The notes under the pieces were generated by a model, which had not been told where the DNA came from, did not search any database, and saw only the letters and a program-made list of their open reading frames with translations. 64,000 nt of DNA from Paraphysomonas bandaiensis (Eukaryota; Protista; Chrysophyceae). Made by a program: the position numbers and the translations under genes. Location: positions 62,001-126,000 of the forward strand of contig CBFFRP010000263.1 in NCBI GenBank assembly GCA_965644295.1, read 5' to 3'. Positions within the stretch are counted from its first letter, which is position 1. Every line of letters begins with the position of its first letter. Shown here piece after piece: positions 14,193 to 24,165 of this stretch.

Positions 14193-17100
14193 TTAAAGCT
14201 TATTCGACCCCCACAGCTGTGGCTCATCACTCATTTCGTAAGAAAGCGTACGGGCCTGCAGGAGTTCCTCGTGGTGTATCACTGGTGTGTCAATAGCCAC
14301 TTCATCCATAGTCAAAGACTTGACATAAGGCTTGTCACGGGCTCCAGAAGCAGCTATCGTAAGGGTATGGTCGGTCTGTGGAAACCTTACCTCAACCTTA
14401 TCAAATATAGGACTGCCAATCATATATTCGGCAGAGGCAGGATTGACAGGATAGAGACCAAGAGCATTGAACATGTACCAAGAAGACATCTGTCCGCAAT
14501 CTGCAATGAATATGCACAGATATTAGCGTTTCCTACGATAGAGTACAAGCCACACTTACCGTCATTGCCACTCAATCCGATTGGGGTATTATAGTAGTTA
14601 TTGCGAATAAGGTTGCGTATGGTGGACTGCGCCTTCCAAGGTTGGTTAGCGTAAAGGTATGCATATACCGTGGCGTGTGATGGTTCGTTTGCCTGATTAT
14701 TGTGATGACCGTTATAGTATTCATCCAGCTTGGCACCAAGTGCCTCAGGTCCATGGAAAAGGTCACGTAGACCAGGAAAGTCGTGCTGCACGTTAAACGT
14801 ATACACCCATTTATTTCCTTCTGTCCAAGTACTGGGATTCGGACACCACGAACCGTCTTTATGCCTCGCCTCCATAAACATCGTTTCATTATTAAAAATA
14901 TTGCGATAGTTTTTACTGCGGTCCAAAAAATACTGTTTATGCTCAGTGTGTCCAGTTAGCTCTGCTATGACCGCTACTGTGTAGTCGTCATATGCGTACT
15001 CCAGTGTTCGCGACCCTGCTTCAGATGTAAGTAGTGCCGCGACATATCCGAGTTCCAGCTCTCTCGTCAGTCCGGCTCGTGCTTCACAACCGGTTCCTCG
15101 TTGCCGGTCAAAGTACATAGTCGTAAGGTCATCTTCTGGGGGCACCATGGCATCCTTCAATACAGCCTTCCACGCAAGATCCTGATCAAAACCTCTGAAC
15201 CCTTTGGCTAGAGACTCAGCAATGAGAGAGCTAGAGTGGGTTCCAATCATAATGTTCGTTTCCACAATATTCTGCCACATTGGGAGCCTTCCACCCTGTT
15301 GAAAGGTCTGTAACATACTTTGTATCATACCATCGATACGCTCGGGTGCGAAAAGGTTTAAGAAACCCCATTCAGCCCTAAAAGTATCCCAGATAGAGTA
15401 TCCCGTATAAGCATGCTCCCCAGCGTGGACAGTGTTGTCGTAACCACTGTAGTAGAAAGATCCTGAGGCATTATATTCCATCATTTCATTGGGATACTGC
15501 CATTCATGAAATCAACGTTCAAAATAAAACACATCCATGGGTATCACACACCTGAAGCGCATGAAACATTGCAGTGTAGAATATAGCTAGTTCATCTTCC
15601 GTTGCGTTGGTAATGGAAACGAGATCCAGTTTATCAGACCACTTCTGTCGCACATAACTCGCGGTATCATCTAGCGATGTGCCGTCAGGAATTTCTGAGT
15701 TCAGATTGATCCGGGCCTGCTCGACAGAAATGTAGGAGACACCTACTCGTACATGCACCTTCTCTATCCCAGGTGGAAAGCGCACGTAAGCGGACAATTC
15801 AAGACCCTCTCCATAAGTGGCCCCTTCAAATAGGGTAGAGTTATTGGCCGTGCCCCAGGACTCAAAGCCTTCCTCGAATCGCGCTACAAAATATCCCTTG
15901 AAGTCAGCAGCAGAAAAGGGACCCAGAACAGAATCTTGTCTCTCAGGATTCCACCCGTATACCTCCCGTTGTTCGGGATCCACAGTGATTTGTCCGGATA
16001 CAGACTCTGTTGTCGCTTGCACCACAGCAAAAGGAGTCGATTTGGGGTCGAAAGTAAACCTCATCGAACCCGCACGAGATGTCCCTGTGAGCTCGGCTAC
16101 AATTGACGATTCCTCGTCAGTCTTCAATTTAGTACTGTAGTAGTGGGGTGAAGATATCTCATCCTCGTGACTGAAGCTCAAGCCTCTCTCCTCGAAACTA
16201 GTCCTGACCTCTCCTGTGCCTACAGCAACGGCAACTTGGCCAGACTCGCCCATCCTGCATAAGCCGCGTGAAGGTGAGGGTATATTTAAATAAATGTGGC
16301 CATATACTCATATTCATATAGAGACATGCATGTGTTACCAAACAGCGGGCTGATGAGTGCCCATATACTCATACATATAGAGACATGTGTGTGTTACCAG
16401 ACAGCGGGCTGATGAGTGCCCATATACTCATACATATAGAGACATGTGTGTGTTACCAGACAGCGGGCTGATGAGTGCCCATATACTCATACATATAGAG
16501 ACATGTGTGTGTTACCAGACAGCGGGCTGATGAGTGCCCATATACTCATACATATAGAGACAAGACATGTGTGTGTTACCAGACAGCGGGCTGATGAGTG
16601 CCCATATATTCATACATATAGAGACAAGACATGTGTGTGTTACCAGACAGCGGGCTGATGAGTGCCCATATACTCATACATATAGAGACAAGACATGTGT
16701 GTGTTACCAGACAGCGGGCTGATGAGTGCCCATATACTCATACATATAGAGACAAGACATGTGTGTGTTACCAGACAGCGGGCTGATGAGTGCCCATATA
16801 TTCATACATATAGAGACATGTGTGTGTTACCAGACAGCGGGCTGATGAGTGCCCATATACTCATACATATAGAGACAAGACATGTGTGTGTTACCAGACA
16901 GCGGGCTGATGAGTGCCCATATACTCATACATATAGAGACAAGACATGTGTGTGTTACCAGACAGCGGGCTGATGAGTGCCCATATACTCATACATATAG
17001 AGACAAGACATGTGTGTGTTACCAAACAGCGGGCTGATGAGTGCCCATATACTCATACATATAGAGACATGTGTGTGTTACCAAACAGCGGGCTGATGAG

Positions 17101-18091
17101 TGCCCATATATTCATACATATAGAGACAAGACATGTGTGTGTTACCAGACAGCGGGCTGATGAGTGCCCATATACTCATACATATAGAGACAAGACATGT
17201 GTGTGTTACCAAACAGCGGGCTGATGAGTGCCCATATACTCATACATATAGAGACATGTGTGTGTTACCAGACAGCGGGCTGATGAGTGCCCATATACTC
17301 ATACATATAGAGACATGTGTGTGTTACCAGACAGCGGGCTGATGAGTGCCCATATACTCATACATATAGAGACAAGACATGTGTGTGTTACCAGACAGCG
17401 GGCTGATGAGTGCCCATATACTCATACATATAGAGACAAGACATGTGTGTGTTACCAGACAGCGGGCTGATGAGTGCCCATATACTCATACATATAGAGA
17501 CAAGACATGTGTGTGTTACCAAACAGCGGGCTGATGAGTGCCCATATACTCATACATATAGAGACATGTGTGTGTTACCAGACAGCGGGCTGATGAGTGC
17601 CCATATACTCATACATATAGAGACATGTGTGTGTTACCAGACAGCGGGCTGATGAGTGCCCATATACTCATACATATAGAGACAAGACATGTGTGTGTTA
17701 CCAGACAGCGGGCTGATGAGTGCCCATATACTCATACATATAGAGACATGTGTGTGTTACCAGACAGCGGGCTGATGAGTGCCCATATACTCATACATAT
17801 AGAGACATGTGTGTGTTACCAGACAGCGGGCTGATGAGTGCCCATGAATCCCTTAATAGTCTCGTCTTCATACACATACGGGCACACTCCAACACTGTTT
17901 TTACGTGTAACAGGTGTCCATCTGGTCATTGCAAAGGGCAGTGCAGTGGATGGTATCATTCCTCCATAGTTACCATCATATAGAAGACGATCATCCGATG
18001 AGCCGATAAGAGGATTCACATAGACGATATTACTACATAGAGAGATAGAGAAAGTGAATGAGAGGAGAAGGGAGATGAGATAGGATGACAT
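14193..18091 (-). CDS. Secreted GH92 alpha-1,2-mannosidase; exons 18091-17820, 16254-15552, 15496-14560, 14500-14193
   Basis: Hydrophobic signal peptide, YVNPLIGS, PFAMTRWTP, GTHQPAVW|MGESGQ, SIWDTFRA, SRTLEYAYDD, TEGNKW, NEPSH, GND|DCGQMSSWY, GLYPV. All junctions GT-AG and in frame. Confidence 0.93.
16299..17845. repeat. Intronic minisatellite, 59/64-bp unit, ~25 copies, derived from the exon1/intron1 junction of the GH92 gene
   Basis: Unit GAGAC(AAGAC)ATGTGTGTGTTACCAGACAGCGGGCTGATGAGTGCCCATATACTCATACATATA; the last copy is the true coding exon end. Confidence 0.97.
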
Positions 18092-18441
18092 GGTTAATAG
18101 AGGGGTGTTTTAAGGTCAGTTGGTTGTGGAGATGGTTAGATGTGGAGGTTGCTGCCTATGGATAGTACCGTATGCATGATGTAGCTGTATGTATAGCTGA
18201 TGGAATACACTGCAGAGAAGAGTACAAAGTGAAGTACATACACGTACATACACGTCTGTACTGCTGTATGATGTACAGATGGACAGTTACAGCAGTACAA
18301 AGTTGTTGTTAAAGCTCAATATCACCGCTTTTCGATATCAAATCCGAATATTTTTCAATTCTAAAAAAAAAAACCATATCTTCAAGGAATCACAGACTAC
18401 ACCTACAGCTCACACCTTGGGCACATATGTATATGCCCTTA

Positions 18442-19200
18442 GGCCACTAATTATAGTGGAGACAAAAGACAAAACGACAAAAGACATTTTTTTTCATCCA
18501 AATTGTTTTTGTCGGGTGCAAACGAAGCCGTAATTATAGTGCACACAGAAAGACAAAAGACAAAACAGCGATTTTTTTTAGAATTTTGAATTCTACTCAT
18601 GTATGTATGTATGTATGTATGTATGTATGTATGTATGTATGTATGTATGTATGTATGTATGTATGTATGTATGTATGTATGTATGTATGTATGTATGTAT
18701 GTATGTATGTATGTATATGTATGTTTAAATCAACACACACTCTTCACCTTTCACAATCTGATAATAGTTATGGTTCCTGCCGGAATATACTCGGTCAGGG
18801 ATACGGTTTCATTGATGTAGATGTCAGTGCTTTCATTGTTGACAGGAGTGCGGCGTGTCGTAAGTAGTTTCACCGACATGTTTCTCCAAGCTCTGTAATC
18901 GTCGTGGTCTTGACACCATGGGTCTCCATGCCTGCCAAAGCAATGGCAAGCTTCTGCCAATCCTTGAGACTATAAATCATTGCGCCTGGTGCTGTTTATG
19001 AGGTGTATAACTATTAATGAAGCTCCATTGTGTAAAAATGTCTTCCACTCTCGATTTCTGTCCTTGAAGACAAAAAGACATAAATTTGCTCATATTTATG
19101 TCTTTCTGTCGGCCGAAGACAGAAAGACATTTTGTCTTTCGACGGATTTCTGTCTTTTGTCCTCCTATAACTACAGTTTGTCTCACTATAATTAGTGGCC
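18442..19200. mobile_element. Non-autonomous PIF/Harbinger-type TIR element (MITE), 759 bp
   Basis: 17-bp perfect TIR GGCCACTAATTATAGTG...CACTATAATTAGTGGCC. TTA TSD at 18439-18441 and 19201-19203. Subterminal AAAAGAC/GTCTTT repeats. Confidence 0.88.
18599..18723. repeat. (TATG)n microsatellite inside the MITE
   Basis: Directly visible array. Confidence 0.97.
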
Positions 19201-19237
19201 TTATACTCTATACTAATCCACTGTACATATTGGACTG

Positions 19238-19408
19238 GGGGTGGTTGTGCATATCGATTTCATCGATTTGTTCATCGTTTATTTCATCGAAAAATCATCG
19301 TTTTTTCAGTGAAAAGTGAAAAAAAGTGACTTTTTAATGAAAAACCGATGACTTTTTGATGAAATAAACGATGAACAAATCGATGAAATCGATATGCACA
19401 ACCACCTC
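19238..19408. mobile_element. 171-bp foldback MITE with CTG TSD
   Basis: ~50-bp TIRs GGGGTGGTTGTGCATATCGATTTCATCGATTTGTTCATCGTTTATTTCATC / GATGAAATAAACGATGAACAAATCGATGAAATCGATATGCACAACCACCTC (1 mismatch). CTG at 19235-19237 and 19409-19411. Confidence 0.82.
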
Positions 19409-19422
19409 CTGTACATATCCTA

Positions 19423-19778
19423 CGAAGAGAAATACGTACTTGGATCGGAAATACAACACTGATACTACAGATCAATCAAACACTCACGGATCCAGTTCGC
19501 CCGTTGTCCTCCGTTCAAACTACACTACAGGTAGGCAAAAGACAAGTCTCTTTGCAAATACTACAGAAATCGTTAGTGATAGAAAATTATGGTGTCTCCC
19601 TACAACACAATAATACTACAGCTGATCATGTTCTACTGTACACTCTCACTCGTATCCTACAGAGTCACACATGTACAATGACTGAAAACATAATCACTGT
19701 AACAAAAACGAATGTGCACGTTGACTTTCATTTCCATCACTCGAAGACTTCTATACCGAATCATCATTTAGCTCTACG
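19423..19778 (-). repeat. 3' LTR (356 bp)
   Basis: Matches 24165-24317 plus 24807-25009. On the element strand it reads CGTAGAG...CTCTTCG. Confidence 0.93.
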
Positions 19779-22700
19779 CACCCCTGTGGCATGTGTATTG
19801 TTTCCCACGATACCACATGTCATAAACTTGTACAGAGTACCTTGGAGGGGCTTCGTCAATGCATCAGCCAGCATCATCTTTGTGGGCAAGTACTCCAATT
19901 GAATGCTTCCTTCATCTGCCCTTTCCTTGATGAATTCACGCCTCACACGCAGGTATTTTGTACGATATTTGCCTCCGCCTTTCGTTACAAGAGATAGAGT
20001 CGAGGTATTGTCTTGCAACACTCTAGGTGCGTCAATACTGTATCCTTGTTCCTTTATGAATTCTGCACATTGCACAATCATCATTAACATATCTGATAGA
20101 CCTACCAACTCTGATTCCGTCGAGTCACGTGTCACAATGCGCTGTTTCGACGATTTGCAGAGTACTGTTGCATCCCCCACCTTTACGACCAGACCCGAAT
20201 GACCCTTTCCATCGTCATGAGTCCCAAATGCCGCATCGACGTATCCAGTAATGGTAAGATTCTTTCCAATGCACAGCAACAAGTCCTGTCCCTTAGTCGC
20301 GTTCAGGTAGCGGGTCACCCTGCCAAGCTTCTCCATGTCAGCATGCGTCGGATTCTTGACTCTCGTGCTAAGGTAAGCGACTGCAAGCAGTATGTCTGGT
20401 CTAACCCTTTTGGCCAGGTACAGCAACTGAGCCACCATCTTGTGAAACTTCCTTCTATCACTCTTACTAGTGGGTTTGTCCATGGTGTTCTTAAATAGAG
20501 TAGCTGTAGCAGGTGATGTAGCAGTTCCTGTCACTCCGTGTTCTCGTAGAAAATTCTCGATGTACGATCTCATGGACACTGTCACCTTATCTCCCTCTGC
20601 TCTAATGTGCATTCCGAGATATGACAGATCTTTCCCATCGTCGTGCTTTACATCCCCAAACTTCTCTTTCAGTTTCTTAAGCAACTCTAGGTAGTCGCCC
20701 TTATGGCTTGACATGACCAGTATGTCATCCACAAATATCACCACTGTACACTTTCGCCCGCCAGCTACTTTGTTCATTACACATGGGTCGACCGCGTTGT
20801 GCTCGAATCCCAAACTTCTCAAATATCCTGTAAGCGTGTTGTACCAGAGTTTTGCACTCTGGATGCAACCGTATAGCGCCTTGTCCAGCCGCACTAGTAG
20901 TTTACCAGTCTCATCAACATACGGTGATACTTCAGGAGCCACTTTCTTCAATATCGTTGTTAACATTGGCTCTAGTTCCATTATGACTTCTTCGCCAGAC
21001 ATCTCGGCGTTCAGGTAAGCGCCTCCTATATCCATGATACCTATGTGACGTCCCTCTTTAGCAGCTATCGCCAGGCACATCATAATCGACTGCATCGCTG
21101 CTGTCGGTGACGATGTGTCTACGTACACCTTCCTATCTTGTTGTGCGCCATTAGCTACCAGTCTTGCTTTTATCTTTTCGAAGCGCCCTAAGCCATCATA
21201 CTTAGTCTTGAGAAACATCAGAGATCGAATAGCTCTCTTCAACTGTGTTGCCGATAATTCTTTGCGGTGTACTGGACGCATAGCCTTCTTGTCATGCAAA
21301 AGTTGTTTCAGCTCCGATATGATAGCGTTATATGCCGGTGGACCATACTCACGCAATCCCTTCATCGCACTCGTGTGAAAGGCCCTGTACTCTACTGGTT
21401 TCGACTTCGCATCCGGCGACCTGTCGTTCTCAACGCCTGTCTCGTCACTGCTTGTAATGCTGCTGCCGGACTTTATAGTTGGTACATCGTCATCCAGCTC
21501 CTCATCGACAAGTTCTGGCACTTCACCTTCATTATCACCGTCATGACCTAGTGGGTTTCCGCTATGCTCTACATCAACCACAGTAGTAGATACATCTTCC
21601 ACTATTGTTTCCGCAACTGGAGTCTGTTTAACGTCCTCTGGCGTACTCTCCTTCATGTCTTCGCCTTTCTGCTGCTCTTCTGCTTCTATCGTCTGTAGGA
21701 GTGGGTTCGGAATCTGACTCTTCCTAGTCGTATCACCCATCTTCGCCATCTGATTTATCGCATCAATTATGAGCTGCGTTGTCTTCATTTTCACCCAGTG
21801 TGTCCTTCTCACTCGCTTGTGTGTCTTCACATTCATGAAAAACCAGCTACCGTTGGCATTTCCAGTAGGGTACAATGCAATACACGGCTCAGTGCGACTT
21901 TGCTCGGCATCGTTGCTTCGCACCTTTGGGTTGTAGCACTCCACGTAGTCACCAAATGCTAGCTCTAGTTCCTTTCGGTAGTTAGGCTTCCTCCCTGTGA
22001 ACGCTACTCGTGGCGCTACTATGGATGTGCCTGTAGACGGCCTTCTGATATTTAGGCGACTGTTTGAGTACTTCACCAGATCTCTGACCATGTTATCAGG
22101 CAGTGACCAGGGTAATCCTGCCTGCACAGATCTAATAGTCTCTTTCAGTCTCCGGATCTTGTGATCTACCTTGTCCATGTGATCCCCTGCTCCACACACA
22201 TCCACTTCCACCCCTGTAATCTGTCCTCTGAGGGGTTGGAAACCAGGCTGCGGATCCAGATAGGCTACAGTTGGTGCGAAACCATGACTTCTTAGTAGAG
22301 ATACTTGCTCCTGAAAAGCTAGACCTAGATCATCAGTCCTCTCACTAGCTACCGGAGATACAAGAGTCAACCCCAGTGGCTCGGACAGTGTTATCAGGAA
22401 CGGTTGTTTTCTCACACTGAATATATCGGTATACAAACGTTGCGGCTTGGCCTGATCTGCTTTGATCCCCACGTCCATGTACTGCCTACCGCTCTTACGT
22501 TTAGTGGTCTTCCCCCTAACCGCTTCATAAGGCTTCCCGTATATGTCGAAAGCTCGCCTCACGTCTTGCGCCGTCAACGGCACGTCTGTTACATTTCCGT
22601 CGCTCACAAGGTTCATGGCTCCCTGCTCTGAGTCGAAACCCGCGTTCCGTACAAGTTCCAGCGCCCTTCGAGCTCTCATCACTTCGCTTTTAGTGTATTC

Positions 22701-24152
22701 TTGTTCTTTCATTCTTGTTGTCGTAATATTTACCCTGCCTTGTGTCACCCAATCCCTCATATCAGCTATATACATTTTGTTCCGTCTGTAGAACACTAGC
22801 TCTCTATTAGGTAGACACACCGTGTATGACACTCCTGGCTCGTACACAATAGGGTACAGATCTTCCACATCAGCTTGGCACAACACACTGACTCGTAGGT
22901 TGTCGGCGGTTTTACATGTGAAGAATTGTGGCAGCTCTCCCACATTGGGTAGTTCTACTGCGTGACCAGACAAGCCAGCTACTTTACACTTACGATCGGC
23001 AGGTCTCACATCTGTCAGTAGCCACGGGTGCACAACGGACACATCCGCCTGATTGTCTAGTAGAACTTCGTACCATTCGAAACGCTCTCCTCCCGATGTG
23101 AACGCATTCTGCATAGTCACTGAGCATTGTTTCTCCTCTGGCTCGACGTTCTCTTGACACTGGTTTAGCTTGTGTCCAGTCTTTCCACAACCCCAACATA
23201 CAATAGGGCCTCTATGCTTTCGCACGCTTCCTTTCGACTCGTCGGTCCCATTCGACTTCGTCTTGTCATCAGCATCACCTGTGCGACGCTGTTGTTTAGT
23301 CGAGGTGTCCTTCCTGCTCACAAACGCAACACCACCATTAGGTTTCGCTCCTCTCTTCGGGGTGATATACTTCGAAGCTTTAGTGTAGATCTCGTTCACG
23401 TGCTTGGGTGGCTTCTGTGTACCCATCATTAAGTCATTCATAAAACTGGTCTTAAACTCCTCATATCTGGTGTCGTCCAGACCCCTGAAGAAGTCCATAG
23501 CAATATCTTCTTCTTCCATCTTCGGATTCTCCATATCATTGTACGCTTCCAAAAGAAAATCGAAACGCTCCTTATAGGCCACTATACTCTCAAATGGACC
23601 CTGACGCACGTCTTGGTACTTCTTTCTCGTCTCTGCACGCATGATGGTCCCTACATTGGAGTTCGTCGCTGTTTTGTGAGTCTGCTTGATAGCAAGCCAC
23701 AACAGTAGAGGGTCCTTGGAGGAGTTAATCTCTTCGTATTCCTCCAATTGCTTAATCGCGTCCACGGACTCGTTGCTCAGTCTGTCATACATGAACGCAT
23801 AGAAAGCTGATCTGTTGTCACGCATTTGGTCAATCTTCCTTTGGCGTGTCTTTCTCGCATCCTTAAGTTCTTCCAGGTTCAGACCGTGGGGGTCATTATC
23901 AAGATCATAGTCCTCGATCTTTATCTTGGGTGGTTCATAATACTCATCGGTCTCCACGAGCCTCGCTAGGTCACCAAATAGCATCATGGCCGCCACTGTG
24001 AGCTTCTGCTTAAATACCGCCAGGTTGGTGTTCGTCCCATACTTCAGAATCGGCACCGTTGGGGTCAATGCCTCTGCCCCTTGGCCCCTGGACCGCTGGT
24101 CCAACGCCTTGTTCCTAAACTTCTTGAGCTTCTCGTTACTCGACTTCTTCAT
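19764..24152 (-). CDS. Copia gag-pol polyprotein (1462 aa)
   Basis: Zn knuckle CWGCGKTGHKLNQC; protease LLDNQAD; integrase core YTDIF..YLDPQ..VDHKIRRLKE; RT KARLVANG, DIGGAYLNA, KALYGCIQSAKLW, FVDDIL; RNase H YVDAAF, STESEL, QDNTS, MLADALTKPL. Confidence 0.97.
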   Translation of the reverse strand: MKKSSNEKLKKFRNKALDQRSRGQGAEALTPTVPILKYGTNTNLAVFKQKLTVAAMMLFGDLARLVETDEYYEPPKIKIEDYDLDNDPHGLNLEELKDARKTRQRKIDQMRDNRSAFYAFMYDRLSNESVDAIKQLEEYEEINSSKDPLLLWLAIKQTHKTATNSNVGTIMRAETRKKYQDVRQGPFESIVAYKERFDFLLEAYNDMENPKMEEEDIAMDFFRGLDDTRYEEFKTSFMNDLMMGTQKPPKHVNEIYTKASKYITPKRGAKPNGGVAFVSRKDTSTKQQRRTGDADDKTKSNGTDESKGSVRKHRGPIVCWGCGKTGHKLNQCQENVEPEEKQCSVTMQNAFTSGGERFEWYEVLLDNQADVSVVHPWLLTDVRPADRKCKVAGLSGHAVELPNVGELPQFFTCKTADNLRVSVLCQADVEDLYPIVYEPGVSYTVCLPNRELVFYRRNKMYIADMRDWVTQGRVNITTTRMKEQEYTKSEVMRARRALELVRNAGFDSEQGAMNLVSDGNVTDVPLTAQDVRRAFDIYGKPYEAVRGKTTKRKSGRQYMDVGIKADQAKPQRLYTDIFSVRKQPFLITLSEPLGLTLVSPVASERTDDLGLAFQEQVSLLRSHGFAPTVAYLDPQPGFQPLRGQITGVEVDVCGAGDHMDKVDHKIRRLKETIRSVQAGLPWSLPDNMVRDLVKYSNSRLNIRRPSTGTSIVAPRVAFTGRKPNYRKELELAFGDYVECYNPKVRSNDAEQSRTEPCIALYPTGNANGSWFFMNVKTHKRVRRTHWVKMKTTQLIIDAINQMAKMGDTTRKSQIPNPLLQTIEAEEQQKGEDMKESTPEDVKQTPVAETIVEDVSTTVVDVEHSGNPLGHDGDNEGEVPELVDEELDDDVPTIKSGSSITSSDETGVENDRSPDAKSKPVEYRAFHTSAMKGLREYGPPAYNAIISELKQLLHDKKAMRPVHRKELSATQLKRAIRSLMFLKTKYDGLGRFEKIKARLVANGAQQDRKVYVDTSSPTAAMQSIMMCLAIAAKEGRHIGIMDIGGAYLNAEMSGEEVIMELEPMLTTILKKVAPEVSPYVDETGKLLVRLDKALYGCIQSAKLWYNTLTGYLRSLGFEHNAVDPCVMNKVAGGRKCTVVIFVDDILVMSSHKGDYLELLKKLKEKFGDVKHDDGKDLSYLGMHIRAEGDKVTVSMRSYIENFLREHGVTGTATSPATATLFKNTMDKPTSKSDRRKFHKMVAQLLYLAKRVRPDILLAVAYLSTRVKNPTHADMEKLGRVTRYLNATKGQDLLLCIGKNLTITGYVDAAFGTHDDGKGHSGLVVKVGDATVLCKSSKQRIVTRDSTESELVGLSDMLMMIVQCAEFIKEQGYSIDAPRVLQDNTSTLSLVTKGGGKYRTKYLRVRREFIKERADEGSIQLEYLPTKMMLADALTKPLQGTLYKFMTCGIVGNNTHATGVRRAK
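19779..19785 (-). other. Short putative polypurine tract (AGGGG.TG) abutting the 3' LTR
   Basis: The element strand reads CCACAGGGGTG|CGTAGAG. The position is as expected, but the tract is short. Confidence 0.5.
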
Positions 24153-24165
24153 AATTTTCTATCAC
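24150..24165 (-). promoter_or_regulatory. Putative primer-binding site GTGATAGAAAATTATG, complementary to an LTR-internal motif; includes the gag ATG
   Basis: Lies at the 5' LTR/internal boundary. Exact reverse complement of the element-strand LTR motif at 19576-19591 and 24807-24822. Confidence 0.75.

Noticed and set aside
16299-17845. CRISPR-like array or tandem hammerhead ribozymes (CTGATGAG core)
   Set aside because: There are no unique spacers. CTGATGAG is the antisense of coding sequence (THQ), and no GAAA follows the stem, so the hammerhead core is incomplete.
18751-18960. Possible transposase remnant inside MITE1
   Set aside because: Short, with no DDE or Myb/SANT motif recognisable.
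19504-19902. Antisense ORFs in the LTRs and pol (also 24081-24413, 24807-25013)
   Set aside because: No recognisable motifs; typical shadow frames.
24150-24165. Conventional tRNA primer-binding site
   Set aside because: It lacks the TGG start and does not resemble the Met-i full or half-tRNA sites I know; a formal tRNA search is still needed.
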